NCBI GenBank assembly: GCA_963664875.1
Contig: OY761611.1
Location: 768,001 to 832,000 of the forward strand
Origin: Candidatus Kapaibacterium sp.
GTDB lineage: Bacteria > Bacteroidota > Ignavibacteria > Kapaibacteriales > UBA2268
Direction of reading: 5' to 3'
DNA: 64,000 bases
Part shown: piece after piece, positions 10,615-20,332 of the stretch
Layout: every line of letters starts with the position of its first letter
How positions within the stretch are numbered: the stretch's first letter is position 1
Notes under the pieces: generated by a model
Seen by the model: the letters and a program-made list of their open reading frames with translations, nothing else
What the model was told of the DNA's origin: nothing
Database searches by the model: none
Made by a program: the position numbers and the translations under genes

Positions 10615-10642
10615 AAATTTATATATAAGAAGAAGAGACTAT

Positions 10643-11266
10643 TTACAATCTTTCGCGAATCTCTGCAATTAGCCTTTTGGCTTCTGTTTCCAAACCATCG
10701 GCGTTACCGTTTATCTTGATATATTCGGTCAAATCTTTCAAAGCCATTTCATGGTTTTCTTTATAAATATAAACCACCGCTCTTCCGTAATAAGCCATAC
10801 CAAAATCTTTTTTCAAAGAAATTGCTTTGGTATAATCAGCGATAGCAGCCTCGTCATTCTCTAAATAATAATTAGCATTTGCACGGGCATGATAAATTTC
10901 GGGAACGTCTTTCTTAATCTCAGCGGCTTTAGTCAAATCTTTTACAGCATCACCGTACTGCTCCAACTGAAGATAGCAAAGTGCTCTTGAAAAATATGCT
11001 TCAAAGTAATTTGAATCTATTTTTATGGCAACTGAAAAATCGTTCAGTGCCTTTTTATAATCATTCTGATAATAATAAGCTTGGCCTCTGCCGTGATATG
11101 AAGGAGCATATGATGCCTGAGTCTGAAGAGCTTCAGTATAGTATTTTACTGCTGCTGAATAATTTTCAGACAAAAGTGCATTATAAGCCATTTGAATGCT
11201 ACTCTGCTGAGCATATAGAAATGCGGCACTAAATGCCACAAAGAAAAGTATGGCAATCTTTCTCAT
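10643..11266 (-). CDS. Exported TPR protein
   Basis: Signal peptide plus about 5 canonical TPRs (AYFSRALCYLQLEQYGDAVKDLTKA). Confidence 0.85.
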   Translation of the reverse strand: MRKIAILFFVAFSAAFLYAQQSSIQMAYNALLSENYSAAVKYYTEALQTQASYAPSYHGRGQAYYYQNDYKKALNDFSVAIKIDSNYFEAYFSRALCYLQLEQYGDAVKDLTKAAEIKKDVPEIYHARANANYYLENDEAAIADYTKAISLKKDFGMAYYGRAVVYIYKENHEMALKDLTEYIKINGNADGLETEAKRLIAEIRERL

Positions 11267-11275
11267 GGTTATCCC

Positions 11276-12220
11276 CTACTTTGTAGGTTTGTTATTAAGT
11301 AATTTAATCGCTTGCTTTACATGACCTTCGGCTTTGCTAATTACATCTTTCGCATCTGCTTCGCTGCAATCACCAAAAATCATGACTAAAGCTGTTTTTA
11401 CATTCCCCTGAGCTGCATTTAAGTAATTTGCCGCCTCATCATAACTAACTCCGCTAAGACTCATAACAATCCTTTTTGCTCTTTCTTCCAATTTCTTATT
11501 GGTCAGTTGCAAATCGACCATTACGTTCCCGTAAGTCTTGCCAAGTTTTATCATAGATGCAGTAGTAAGCATATTAAGGACTAATTTCTGTGCAGTCCCT
11601 GATTTCATTCTGGTAGAACCCATAATGACTTCAGCACCGACATTCGGACAAATTTTTGTGTCCGCAATTACTCCAAGCTCTTCAGCCTGCTCTTGTGATA
11701 CAGTTGTGATAAGAACGGTATAACAACCTCTCTTGTTTGCTTCCTGCAGAGCCCCTTTTACAAAAGGTGTTCTTCCTGATGCAGCTAACCCTACTACTAC
11801 ATCAGGAGGATTGACAGACCTTTTTATTATCTCATTAGCACCATTATCGAACGAATCCTCGGCTCCTTCCTGTGCTTGGAAGACAGCCGCCTCTCCGCCG
11901 GCGATAATACCCTGAACCATTTGAGGCTCGGTACCGAAAGTAGGCGGGCACTCTGCGGCATCTATGATGCCAAGCCTACCGCTTGTTCCGGCTCCTACAT
12001 AAAAGAGTCGTCCTCCTAAGCTAAAAGCTTCTGTAATTCGATCTACTGCTAAAGCAATTTTTGGTATTTCTTCTTCTACTGCTATTGCTACAAGCTTATC
12101 TTCCTGATTGATAAGTTCGAGCAAATCGTTTGTGCCTAAAAGGTCAATCTCTTTTGTTTTTGGATTGACTTGCTCTGTCCTCAGAGAACTTATTTCTTTG
12201 AACAACTCGTTTTCAGGCAT
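11276..12220 (-). CDS. murQ: N-acetylmuramic acid 6-phosphate etherase
   Basis: GAGTSGRLGIIDAAECPPTFG, GSTRMKSGTAQKLVLNM, GNVMVD. Confidence 0.95.
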   Translation of the reverse strand: MPENELFKEISSLRTEQVNPKTKEIDLLGTNDLLELINQEDKLVAIAVEEEIPKIALAVDRITEAFSLGGRLFYVGAGTSGRLGIIDAAECPPTFGTEPQMVQGIIAGGEAAVFQAQEGAEDSFDNGANEIIKRSVNPPDVVVGLAASGRTPFVKGALQEANKRGCYTVLITTVSQEQAEELGVIADTKICPNVGAEVIMGSTRMKSGTAQKLVLNMLTTASMIKLGKTYGNVMVDLQLTNKKLEERAKRIVMSLSGVSYDEAANYLNAAQGNVKTALVMIFGDCSEADAKDVISKAEGHVKQAIKLLNNKPTK

Positions 12221-12401
12221 ATCTGTTAAGAAACAGCAAATTAAACTACAGTTATGTTTGCCAATAATTTATAATAAAATCTCCGAAATAAAAAGAGAAT
12301 TGTGTAAAAAATAACCACTTTTTCCGTTTTTAGTGTAAAAAAAATGCCATTGTCAATATTTTAACAAAGGCATCCTGTTTTATTTAATATTTATGCAAGA
12401 T

Positions 12402-12968
12402 TTATTTTACTATAATCCCGTTTATAGATTCTATTTTGTCTAATTCTAATGCTTTAGAGACTGCATTGTAGTCCTCCAAATCCACACCTTTTAATTTATA
12501 TGTGTAAGTAGGATACAAAATTACAACTTTAAAATACATATCATAGGACGGAGAAAGTGGCTCTACGGGGTGACTATCCCACCAGTCAATGTCTAATTTC
12601 CCGATAGAATGAGAATACCACAATTCATTTGAAAAAAGGACTCCATTTTCTTCGACCAAAGTTGTAATAGGCATAGCTTCAAAGGCTTCGTATTCTGATA
12701 TGTCAGATTTGCGATAACATAGCACAGCTCCGTTTTCTATAACATCGCTTGTAATTTCCGGTAGCGAGAATGTATAAAACCATCTTCCCTTAGTTTCAAG
12801 TGGTTTCCAATCAAATCTACTCATATTTAAAAACACTGTCTTAATTCCGGTTTCACCGTCTCTTCCGTCTAATCCGTCATAGCCTCTTGGACCGGCAGGT
12901 CCTTCACAAGATGATAGTGCAATTATGACAGCTAAACTCAGACTCAATAGTAAATAAAATCTTTTCAT
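12402..12968 (-). CDS. Lipoprotein with a short collagen-like Gly-X-Y stretch
   Basis: Lipobox LSSC then GPAGPRGYDGLDGRDGETG; start MKRFY at 12968 preferred. Confidence 0.7.
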   Translation of the reverse strand: MKRFYLLLSLSLAVIIALSSCEGPAGPRGYDGLDGRDGETGIKTVFLNMSRFDWKPLETKGRWFYTFSLPEITSDVIENGAVLCYRKSDISEYEAFEAMPITTLVEENGVLFSNELWYSHSIGKLDIDWWDSHPVEPLSPSYDMYFKVVILYPTYTYKLKGVDLEDYNAVSKALELDKIESINGIIVK

Positions 12969-13162
12969 TTTCTGATTCCTTAATGGTTTTGTGTTGCTTA
13001 TATTTTGTTCTACGACCTTAATCAACGAATAGTTGCAATTTTTGTTGACAATATTGATTTTCTATGTAACAAAATTGTCTCTAATCCATCTCTTATATAT
13101 CTCACAACGACTATGAATATGTATTTTAGTATTTTATTGAAGATTATTAAATCAATATAAGG

Positions 13163-15700
13163 ATGTGTACTATGAAACATTTTTACGTTTTTCTCCTCAT
13201 AATGCTCGGTGGCTTGATAAGCTCCTGCGAAGACGATAAGGTTGTTGCTCCCGCCAAAACATACTCACTGGCAGGAACACTTAGCGATATCGATAATGAA
13301 ACAATTGAAGCCGCCATACTTGAAGTAAAATCAGGCAATAAGATTATTGCTACGGATACAACTGATGAAGACGGTAATTTTAATGTAAGCTTTGAAACTG
13401 CCGCCCCTGCTACCATAGATATTGTTATCCGCCATGATGATTTCCAATCTTTCTCAAGCACTTTGGAATCACTTTTAGAATCTAATTCAAATTTAGAAAA
13501 TATGCCTCTTCAACTCCAATATAACGAAAATTGCACATCTACTTTTCTTGTTACTGTCAAGAATGAAGAGGGGAATCCAATTGCAGGTGCGGAGGTCAAG
13601 CTAAGACTCGGTGATAAAGCCAAAAAGAAAGGCGAAACGGATGACAACGGCACAGTTCTGTTTTCTAACATTTGCCCCGGCACATATAATATTAGAATAG
13701 CTGCTGAATCATATCAGGTAAAAGAAGCCGACGGTATTGAATTTGAGGAAGACTCTCATAAAGAAACAATTTACACAATAACTCAAGCAGCAGAAGAAGA
13801 ATGTTGCAATAATATTCTGATTGTCTATCCTAAAGACAAAAACTCCGGAGAAATAATAGAATCTGCAAAAGTTAAGCTTTGGAAAGAAGGTACAATCATA
13901 GAAATGGCTGAAATAAAAAATGGGAAAGCTATCATTGACGGAATTTGTAAAGGTCAGTACGGAGTTTCTATTCATGCTGATAATTATCAAACTCAAGATT
14001 TCTCAGTTGAATTTGACTGTGAGCAAACTAAAGAAATTTCAAAGTTTTTGGAAGCTATAGATAAAGATTCTTGCTGTGAGGGCAGAATAAAAATCATAGC
14101 CAAAGATAAAGCAACAGGTGATAATATTTCTCAGGGAACTGTCAAGCTTTGGAAAGACGGTAAACTGCTTGCTTCAAAAGCCCTCAACGAATCAGGTTAT
14201 GCAGTTTTTGAGGGGCTTTGCGAAGGCAAATACGGCGTTGATATATTGAGTGAATTATACGAAAACATCGAATTTTCTATTGAACTCGGATGCAACGAAA
14301 ACAAAGTGTTAGAAAAGTCATTAGTGCCTAATGAGGAAAATCCTTGCTGTGAAGGCAGAATAAAAATCATAGCTAAAGATAAAGCAACAGGTGATAATAT
14401 CTCTCAAGGAACTGTCAAACTTTGGAAAGACGGTAAACTGCTTGCTTCAAAAGCCCTCAACGAGTCAGGTTATGCAGTTTTTGAGGGGCTTTGCGAAGGC
14501 AAATACGGCGTTGATATATTGAGTGAATTATACGAAAACATCGAATTTTCTATTGAACTCGGATGCAACGAAAACAAAGTGTTAGAAAAGTCATTAGTGC
14601 CTAATGAGGAAAATCCTTGCTGTGAAGGCAAAATAAAAATCATAGCCAAAGATAAAGCGACAGGTGAGAATATCTCTCAAGGAACTGTCAAACTTTGGAA
14701 AGACGGTAAACTGCTTGATTCAAAAGCCCTTAACGAATCAGGTTATGCAGTTTTTGAGGGGCTTTGCGAAGGTAAGTACGGTGTTGATATATTGAGTGAA
14801 TTATACGAAAATATCGAATTTTCTATAGAACTCGGATGCAACGAAAACAAAGTGTTAGAAAAGTCATTAGTGCCTAATGAGGAAAATCCTTGCTGTGAAG
14901 GCAGAATAAAAATCATAGCCAAAGATAAAGCGACAGGTGAGAATATCTCTAAGGGGACTGTCAAACTTTGGAAAGACGGTAAACTACTTGCTTCAAAAGC
15001 CCTCAACGAGTCAGGTTACGCTGTTTTTGAGGGGCTTTGCGAAGGCAAATACGGTGTTGATATTTTGAGTGAATTATACGAAAACATCGAATTTTCTATT
15101 GAACTTGGATGCAACGAAAACAAAGTGTTAGAAAAGTCATTAGTGCCTAATGAGGAAAATCCTTGCTGTGAAGGCAGAATAAAAATCATAGCTAAAGATA
15201 AAGCGACAGGTGAGAATATTTCTCAGGGAACTGTCAAACTTTGGAAAGACGGTAAACTGCTTGCTTCAAAAGCCCTCAACGAGTCAGGTTATGCAGTTTT
15301 TGAGAGGCTTTGCGAAGGTAAGTACGGTGTTGATATATTGAGTGAATTATACGAAAACATCGAATTTTCTATTGAACTCGGATGCAACGAAAACAAAGTG
15401 TTAGAAAAGTCATTAGTGCCTAATGAGGAAAATCCTTGCTGTGAAGGTGTAGTTTGGGTATTTCCAAAAGATGCTGTCAGTGGAGATAAAATAGTTGGAG
15501 CTAAAGTAAAATTATGGCAAAACGGTAAAGTTATAGCAGTTAAAGAGGTCAATGGAGACGGCTTCGCAAAATTTGAAGGGATATGCGAAGGCAACTATGC
15601 AATCTCAATTCTCAAAGAAACATACCAAACAAAAGAATTTACTTTTGAAATTGGCTGCAACAAAGAAAGAGAATTTGTAAAGGAATTGGAAAAAGAGTAA
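13163..15700 (+). CDS. Surface lipoprotein with tandem carboxypeptidase-regulatory-like / prealbumin-fold domains
   Basis: Lipobox ISSC; repeated ~91-aa beta-sandwich units (V/IKLWKDG...G.A.F.GLCEGKYGV). Confidence 0.75.
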   Translation: MCTMKHFYVFLLIMLGGLISSCEDDKVVAPAKTYSLAGTLSDIDNETIEAAILEVKSGNKIIATDTTDEDGNFNVSFETAAPATIDIVIRHDDFQSFSSTLESLLESNSNLENMPLQLQYNENCTSTFLVTVKNEEGNPIAGAEVKLRLGDKAKKKGETDDNGTVLFSNICPGTYNIRIAAESYQVKEADGIEFEEDSHKETIYTITQAAEEECCNNILIVYPKDKNSGEIIESAKVKLWKEGTIIEMAEIKNGKAIIDGICKGQYGVSIHADNYQTQDFSVEFDCEQTKEISKFLEAIDKDSCCEGRIKIIAKDKATGDNISQGTVKLWKDGKLLASKALNESGYAVFEGLCEGKYGVDILSELYENIEFSIELGCNENKVLEKSLVPNEENPCCEGRIKIIAKDKATGDNISQGTVKLWKDGKLLASKALNESGYAVFEGLCEGKYGVDILSELYENIEFSIELGCNENKVLEKSLVPNEENPCCEGKIKIIAKDKATGENISQGTVKLWKDGKLLDSKALNESGYAVFEGLCEGKYGVDILSELYENIEFSIELGCNENKVLEKSLVPNEENPCCEGRIKIIAKDKATGENISKGTVKLWKDGKLLASKALNESGYAVFEGLCEGKYGVDILSELYENIEFSIELGCNENKVLEKSLVPNEENPCCEGRIKIIAKDKATGENISQGTVKLWKDGKLLASKALNESGYAVFERLCEGKYGVDILSELYENIEFSIELGCNENKVLEKSLVPNEENPCCEGVVWVFPKDAVSGDKIVGAKVKLWQNGKVIAVKEVNGDGFAKFEGICEGNYAISILKETYQTKEFTFEIGCNKEREFVKELEKE
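14071..15435 (+). repeat. Five near-identical 273-bp in-frame tandem repeats
   Basis: Unit starts TTGCTGTGA at 14071, 14344, 14617, 14890 and 15163, with the next boundary at 15436. Confidence 0.97.
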
Positions 15701-15718
15701 AATCCCTATAAATTGAAT

Positions 15719-15756
15719 AAAGGCGTACTGATTATTTTTGATGGGTACGCCTTTTA
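15719..15756 (+). terminator. Intrinsic terminator
   Basis: AAAGGCGTAC...GTACGCCTTT. Confidence 0.6.
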
Positions 15757-15858
15757 GCATTTATAAGTTTGTAAATCGTCCAATTTAACTTATCTCTAAA
15801 ATATTAAGCTAAAATTTCATAAATTTCGTTTTGCGTATAGCACACAATTGGAAATCAG

Positions 15859-16590
15859 ATGAAAGAAGTTGAAAATCAAGGTAGAGAGCTCGGTTTCCTC
15901 GGTCACATGGAGGAATTGCGTTCACGTATCATCAAGGCATTGCTTTGGCTGATGGTAGGTATTGCCATTTCTGCTTTTTATGTCAATGATTTGATTAACT
16001 ACATTGTACTCGAACCTGCCACTTCTGAAGGGCTAAAAATTCAGAATTTAAAACCTTTTGGCCAGGCATTTTTGTACTTCAAAGTTGCTATACTTGGCGG
16101 ATTTGTCATTTCTTTCCCTATGATGCTCAATCAGGTATGGAAGTTTATCGAACCGGGACTATATAAAAACGAAAAGAAATGGGCAAGGCGTATTACTATT
16201 TTTACTAGTATTTGTTTCCTTATAGGTATTGCCTTTGCTTATTATGTAATGCTTCCTTCTATGATGAACTTTGCTGCACATTTCGGCACTGACCAAATAG
16301 AAAATCAAATAGACGTAAGCGAGTATATGAGCTTTTTCATTATGATTATCCTCGCATCCGGTTTGCTTTTCGAATTGCCTATGATAACTTATGTACTATC
16401 CAAATTGGGATTTGTTACTCCTACATTTCTCAGGAAATACAGAAGGCACGCTATTGTATTGATATTAATTCTTGCCGCCGTCATAACTCCCACTCCCGAT
16501 CCAATCACTCAAATGATTTTTGCTGCACCTCTGTTTGTGTTGTATGAAATCAGCATATTCGTCTCAAAATTCTCAAATTCTGAAAAATAA
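15859..16590 (+). CDS. tatC: Twin-arginine translocase subunit TatC
   Basis: FLGHMEELRSRII, QVWKFIEPGLYKNEK, FELP, AAVITPTPD, LYEISI. Confidence 0.95.
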   Translation: MKEVENQGRELGFLGHMEELRSRIIKALLWLMVGIAISAFYVNDLINYIVLEPATSEGLKIQNLKPFGQAFLYFKVAILGGFVISFPMMLNQVWKFIEPGLYKNEKKWARRITIFTSICFLIGIAFAYYVMLPSMMNFAAHFGTDQIENQIDVSEYMSFFIMIILASGLLFELPMITYVLSKLGFVTPTFLRKYRRHAIVLILILAAVITPTPDPITQMIFAAPLFVLYEISIFVSKFSNSEK

Positions 16591-16705
16591 GTCCTATTGT
16601 TTTTTATATTTACGTCGTTTTGTGTTATATTGCTAAGTTAAAAGGTCTAAGAACCTAAAGCATTTAAATTATATTAATACTTTAGTCGAACGGAAGTGAT
16701 GTAAC

Positions 16706-17680
16706 ATGAGTTTAAACGATATTAGCAGCCCGGTAAAAGAGCATCTTGGTGAGTTTAATAAGCATTTCAAAGAGCTTATGAAAACAAATGTAGCTCTGCT
16801 GGACTTAATTATAAAATATCTGTCTCAAAAAAAAGGAAAACAAATTAGACCGACACTTGTTTTGCTTGCGGCAGGTACATGTGGCGGCATCAATAAGCGG
16901 TCTTATACTGGTGGTGCAATGGTAGAATTGTTACACACTGCCACTCTAATCCATGATGATGTAGTTGACCAATCAGACGAACGCAGAGGCATGGCTTCCA
17001 TAAATGCTGAGTGGAATAATAAAATCGCTGTACTTGTTGGTGATTTCTTATTATCAAAAGGCTTGCTTGCATCTATTGACCAAAACGAATTCGAGTTTTT
17101 GAGAATAATTTCAAAAGCTGTTCGTAGAATTTCTGAGGGTGAGTTGCTTTCTATAGAAAAAGCTCGATCCCTTGAGGTAGATGAAGATGTTTATTTCAGA
17201 ATTACTGCTGATAAAACTGCCTCTCTGATGGCATCATGTTGTGAGATTGGTGCTCATAGTGCCAATGCAAACGATGAAGAAAGAAAGGCAATGGCAGATT
17301 ACGGCGAATTTTTAGGCATAGCTTTCCAAATAAAAGATGATATAATGGACTACACTTCTAAAAAGTTTGCCATCGGGAAGCCTGTCGGCAACGATTTAAA
17401 AGAAAAAAAGATAACTTTGCCCCTACTTTATGCGTTTACTAAATCAGAAAGAAGCAAAGTAAAACAGATCATCAAAACTATAAAGAAAAAGAAAGCAACG
17501 AAGGATGAAGTCAGAGAGATCATAGATTACGTTATTAGTGTCGGCGGGATAGATTACGCTGAAAAAAAAGCACAGGAATATATTGACAAAGCAAAATCTG
17601 CAATTTCTATTTTTGAAGATTCTATATATAAACAATCAATGATTGATTTAGCTGACTTTGTGGTAGTTAGGAAGTCGTAG
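16706..17680 (+). CDS. ispB: Polyprenyl (octaprenyl-type) diphosphate synthase
   Basis: GKQIRP, LIHDDVVD..RRG, GDFL, KTASL, AFQIKDD. Confidence 0.85.
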   Translation: MSLNDISSPVKEHLGEFNKHFKELMKTNVALLDLIIKYLSQKKGKQIRPTLVLLAAGTCGGINKRSYTGGAMVELLHTATLIHDDVVDQSDERRGMASINAEWNNKIAVLVGDFLLSKGLLASIDQNEFEFLRIISKAVRRISEGELLSIEKARSLEVDEDVYFRITADKTASLMASCCEIGAHSANANDEERKAMADYGEFLGIAFQIKDDIMDYTSKKFAIGKPVGNDLKEKKITLPLLYAFTKSERSKVKQIIKTIKKKKATKDEVREIIDYVISVGGIDYAEKKAQEYIDKAKSAISIFEDSIYKQSMIDLADFVVVRKS

Positions 17681-17830
17681 AAGAGAAATTCTAATCGGAT
17701 ACGTTCTTCCCCTCATGCGTAGCATGACTGATGGATAAAACGTTTGCAAAACTTCCACAATTAAGAACTAAGAATTTTGATTTCGATTTGAAAACTTCTT
17801 GATATCAAGAGTTGATATTTCGTCTTTTTC

Positions 17831-17866
17831 CACCCCGCCACTTCGTGGCACTCCTCAAGAGGGGAA
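17831..17866. repeat. REP-like extragenic palindrome (CACCCCGCCACTTCGTGGCACTCCTCAAGAGGGGAA)
   Basis: GC-rich double hairpin GCCAC-TTC-GTGGC and CCTC-AA-GAGG in an AT-rich spacer; resembles Bacteroidota dispersed repeats. Confidence 0.55.
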
Positions 17867-17992
17867 CTATGGGGCATCTGCGAATAAGAGCTATTTTAGT
17901 TATAATATAATAACATATAATAACCTTACTTTGATTAGCAAGCAATTTCAATACGACTCAAACAAAAATTCAATATATTAAAGAGGGAAAAA

Positions 17993-18697
17993 ATGTTAAA
18001 TGAACATTCTAATCTAAGACAAGAGCAGAGCAAAGCAATAGAAGAAGCTCAAGTTACATATATGTCTAAAGTTTACAGCTGGATGATGGCAGGACTTGCA
18101 GTTACCGGCATAACTGCATATTTTGTTTATTCATCAGATTTTATCTACAATCTGAATGGGACAATAATGCTTGTGTTGATTATTGCTCAATTCGGCTTGG
18201 TTTTGGGAATTTCAGGCATGATAAACCGTATGTCTGCTCTAACCGCTCAAATGTTATTTTTACTATATTCGCTCCTTACAGGGATTACGTTTTCTACCAT
18301 ATTCGCTGCATATTCTGCAAGTAGTATTTCCAATACCTTCTTTATTACTGCAGGTGCATTTGCAGGACTAAGTGCATTTGGTTTTTTGACAAAAAAAGAC
18401 CTTAGTGCTATCGGTAGATTCTTGTATATGGCACTTTTTGGCTTGATAATTGCATCTTTAGTCAATATGTTTGTAGGAAGCGGTATGTTTGAGTTTCTCA
18501 TAAGTGCTGCCGGGGTTGTTATCTTCTCAGGTTTGACTGCTTATGATACACAAAAAATAAAAGAAATGTACCTGCTTCAGGAACAAGGAGAAGAAATTGC
18601 AGCTAAAGGAGCCATTTTAGGTGCTCTTACTTTATACCTTGATTTTGTCAATCTATTCTTGTTCCTACTAAGATTTTTAGGTGGTAGCAGAGATTAG
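17993..18697 (+). CDS. Bax inhibitor-1/YccA family membrane protein
   Basis: YMSKVYSWM..GLAVTG, GLTAYDTQKIK, GALTLYLDFVNLFLFLLR. Confidence 0.92.
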   Translation: MLNEHSNLRQEQSKAIEEAQVTYMSKVYSWMMAGLAVTGITAYFVYSSDFIYNLNGTIMLVLIIAQFGLVLGISGMINRMSALTAQMLFLLYSLLTGITFSTIFAAYSASSISNTFFITAGAFAGLSAFGFLTKKDLSAIGRFLYMALFGLIIASLVNMFVGSGMFEFLISAAGVVIFSGLTAYDTQKIKEMYLLQEQGEEIAAKGAILGALTLYLDFVNLFLFLLRFLGGSRD

Positions 18698-18711
18698 GAA
18701 AAAAGAAAATT

Positions 18712-20208
18712 ATGCCGGATATTTCACCATTATTTGCGGTTGAAGCTGAAAAATTATTATCTGAGGGTAAAACCGATGATGCTATAGAATTATGCGAAAA
18801 GGGTATTTTGGTCTATCCGAAATACCCTGTTGCATTAAGTATTTTGGCAAGAGCATACCGCATCAAAGGTGAAATTCATGCTGCTAAAGAAAAGTTGGCT
18901 ATTGTTGAGCAATTCCGTCCGAACTACAAAGCAATTGAAGTAGTCAAAACACAAATTGATAATCCAAATTTTGACTTTCAAATTTCGAATAATACTAATT
19001 CGGAACACGCTGCTATTCAAATTGATGAACCATCACTATCTGATCCCGAAACTGATGATATAAACAATATTACCACTATTACCGAATCAGAGAGTAATGA
19101 TTTATTGCCAGAAGATTTCCAAAATGAATCAGATGATTTTGATATCAATCCGGAAGACATTGATGCTCTTTTTGAGTATACTCCTAAAGAAAGCAGTAAT
19201 GAAATTGAACTGGCAGAAGTAAATGATTATCAAGAAGCCGCTGAAGAAGCGGAGGACTTATCTCTCAGTTTAGAAAACATTTCTGAAGATTTGTATGAAG
19301 AAGATACTCCTGATACCCTTTCTTATTCATTAGAGATTGGCTCTGACTTAGCTTCCGAGCTTGAAAGTCTAATATCCGATATCGAAGAAGAAGCACAAGA
19401 AACAGACTTAATAGAATCAAAAGAAGAAATACATTCAAACCAAGAACAAAATATTCCTAATGATTCTGATATTCTCAATAATTCAGATATTATCAACTCT
19501 GAAACGCAATCAGATTATGATGTCTCATCCGAATTAAATGATTTGGAATATGACGAAGATTTAGAAGGAATTTCCGAAGAAATAGATTTAGAAATACCTG
19601 AAATTGATGACATATCTGATTATTCTAAAGAATCTACATACTCAATAGTTGATATAGCTATCGAAAAAGAAAAATTAGACACTTCAAAATTGCCTAAAAA
19701 TGCTAAAATGTCCCAATTATTGGATAATTCTGTTTCTTCTATAAGAGCAAATGATTTGAGTTTGATACCTGGATTGCTCACGTCACCATTGCAATCAGAC
19801 AATTCAAATAAATGTCATAACTATTCAGAGCAACTTTTGCCGGCTTCGCCTCCATTCCCTGACAGTGTTTCAGTGAATGCAATTACTTCCACTTTAGGTA
19901 ACAACGAAATAGACCAAAGCATCGACTTAGACGAAGTAACCATTGACAGAAGCGGTGTGGAAGATAGCTTCAGCAGGTTGGCAGATAAAATTAAAAATCT
20001 GTCTATGCCAAGAATTGAAGCTCCGAATTACGAACCTGAGGATGAAGACTACTCTCCTCCATCTATTATCACGCCTACAATCGCAAATCTACTTGCTATG
20101 CAGGGTAGAATAAATGAAGCTATAGATGCTTACGAAAAGCTTATCATTGATGATCCTGAGAACTCGTCGTCATATCTAAGCCAGATTGAGTCACTAAAAA
20201 ACAAATGA
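18712..20208 (+). CDS. TPR protein with a long acidic disordered linker
   Basis: N-terminal TPR; D/E-rich middle; C-terminal TPTIANLLAMQGRINEAIDAYEKL module. Confidence 0.7.
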   Translation: MPDISPLFAVEAEKLLSEGKTDDAIELCEKGILVYPKYPVALSILARAYRIKGEIHAAKEKLAIVEQFRPNYKAIEVVKTQIDNPNFDFQISNNTNSEHAAIQIDEPSLSDPETDDINNITTITESESNDLLPEDFQNESDDFDINPEDIDALFEYTPKESSNEIELAEVNDYQEAAEEAEDLSLSLENISEDLYEEDTPDTLSYSLEIGSDLASELESLISDIEEEAQETDLIESKEEIHSNQEQNIPNDSDILNNSDIINSETQSDYDVSSELNDLEYDEDLEGISEEIDLEIPEIDDISDYSKESTYSIVDIAIEKEKLDTSKLPKNAKMSQLLDNSVSSIRANDLSLIPGLLTSPLQSDNSNKCHNYSEQLLPASPPFPDSVSVNAITSTLGNNEIDQSIDLDEVTIDRSGVEDSFSRLADKIKNLSMPRIEAPNYEPEDEDYSPPSIITPTIANLLAMQGRINEAIDAYEKLIIDDPENSSSYLSQIESLKNK

Positions 20209-20332
20209 TAAATTTTCTCTCCCTCACTGAAACCTTTTCAATCTCTCAGCGTAATCTTATTTGAAGTTTATTTTATTTGGCATTCGCTTTTTCCGGGGTG
20301 TTTGACTTTTAAAATAAACAAAGGGATTCGTC

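Noticed and set aside
14071-15435. 273-bp repeats as a CRISPR array or a DGR template/variable pair
   Set aside because: They are in-frame coding repeats with no spacers. Differences are mostly synonymous and not adenine-specific, and no reverse transcriptase is present in the window.
16620-16665. GGTCTAAG resembling the c-di-GMP-I riboswitch P3 region
   Set aside because: The GCAAA...GAAA...GACGCAAA core and supporting stems are missing.
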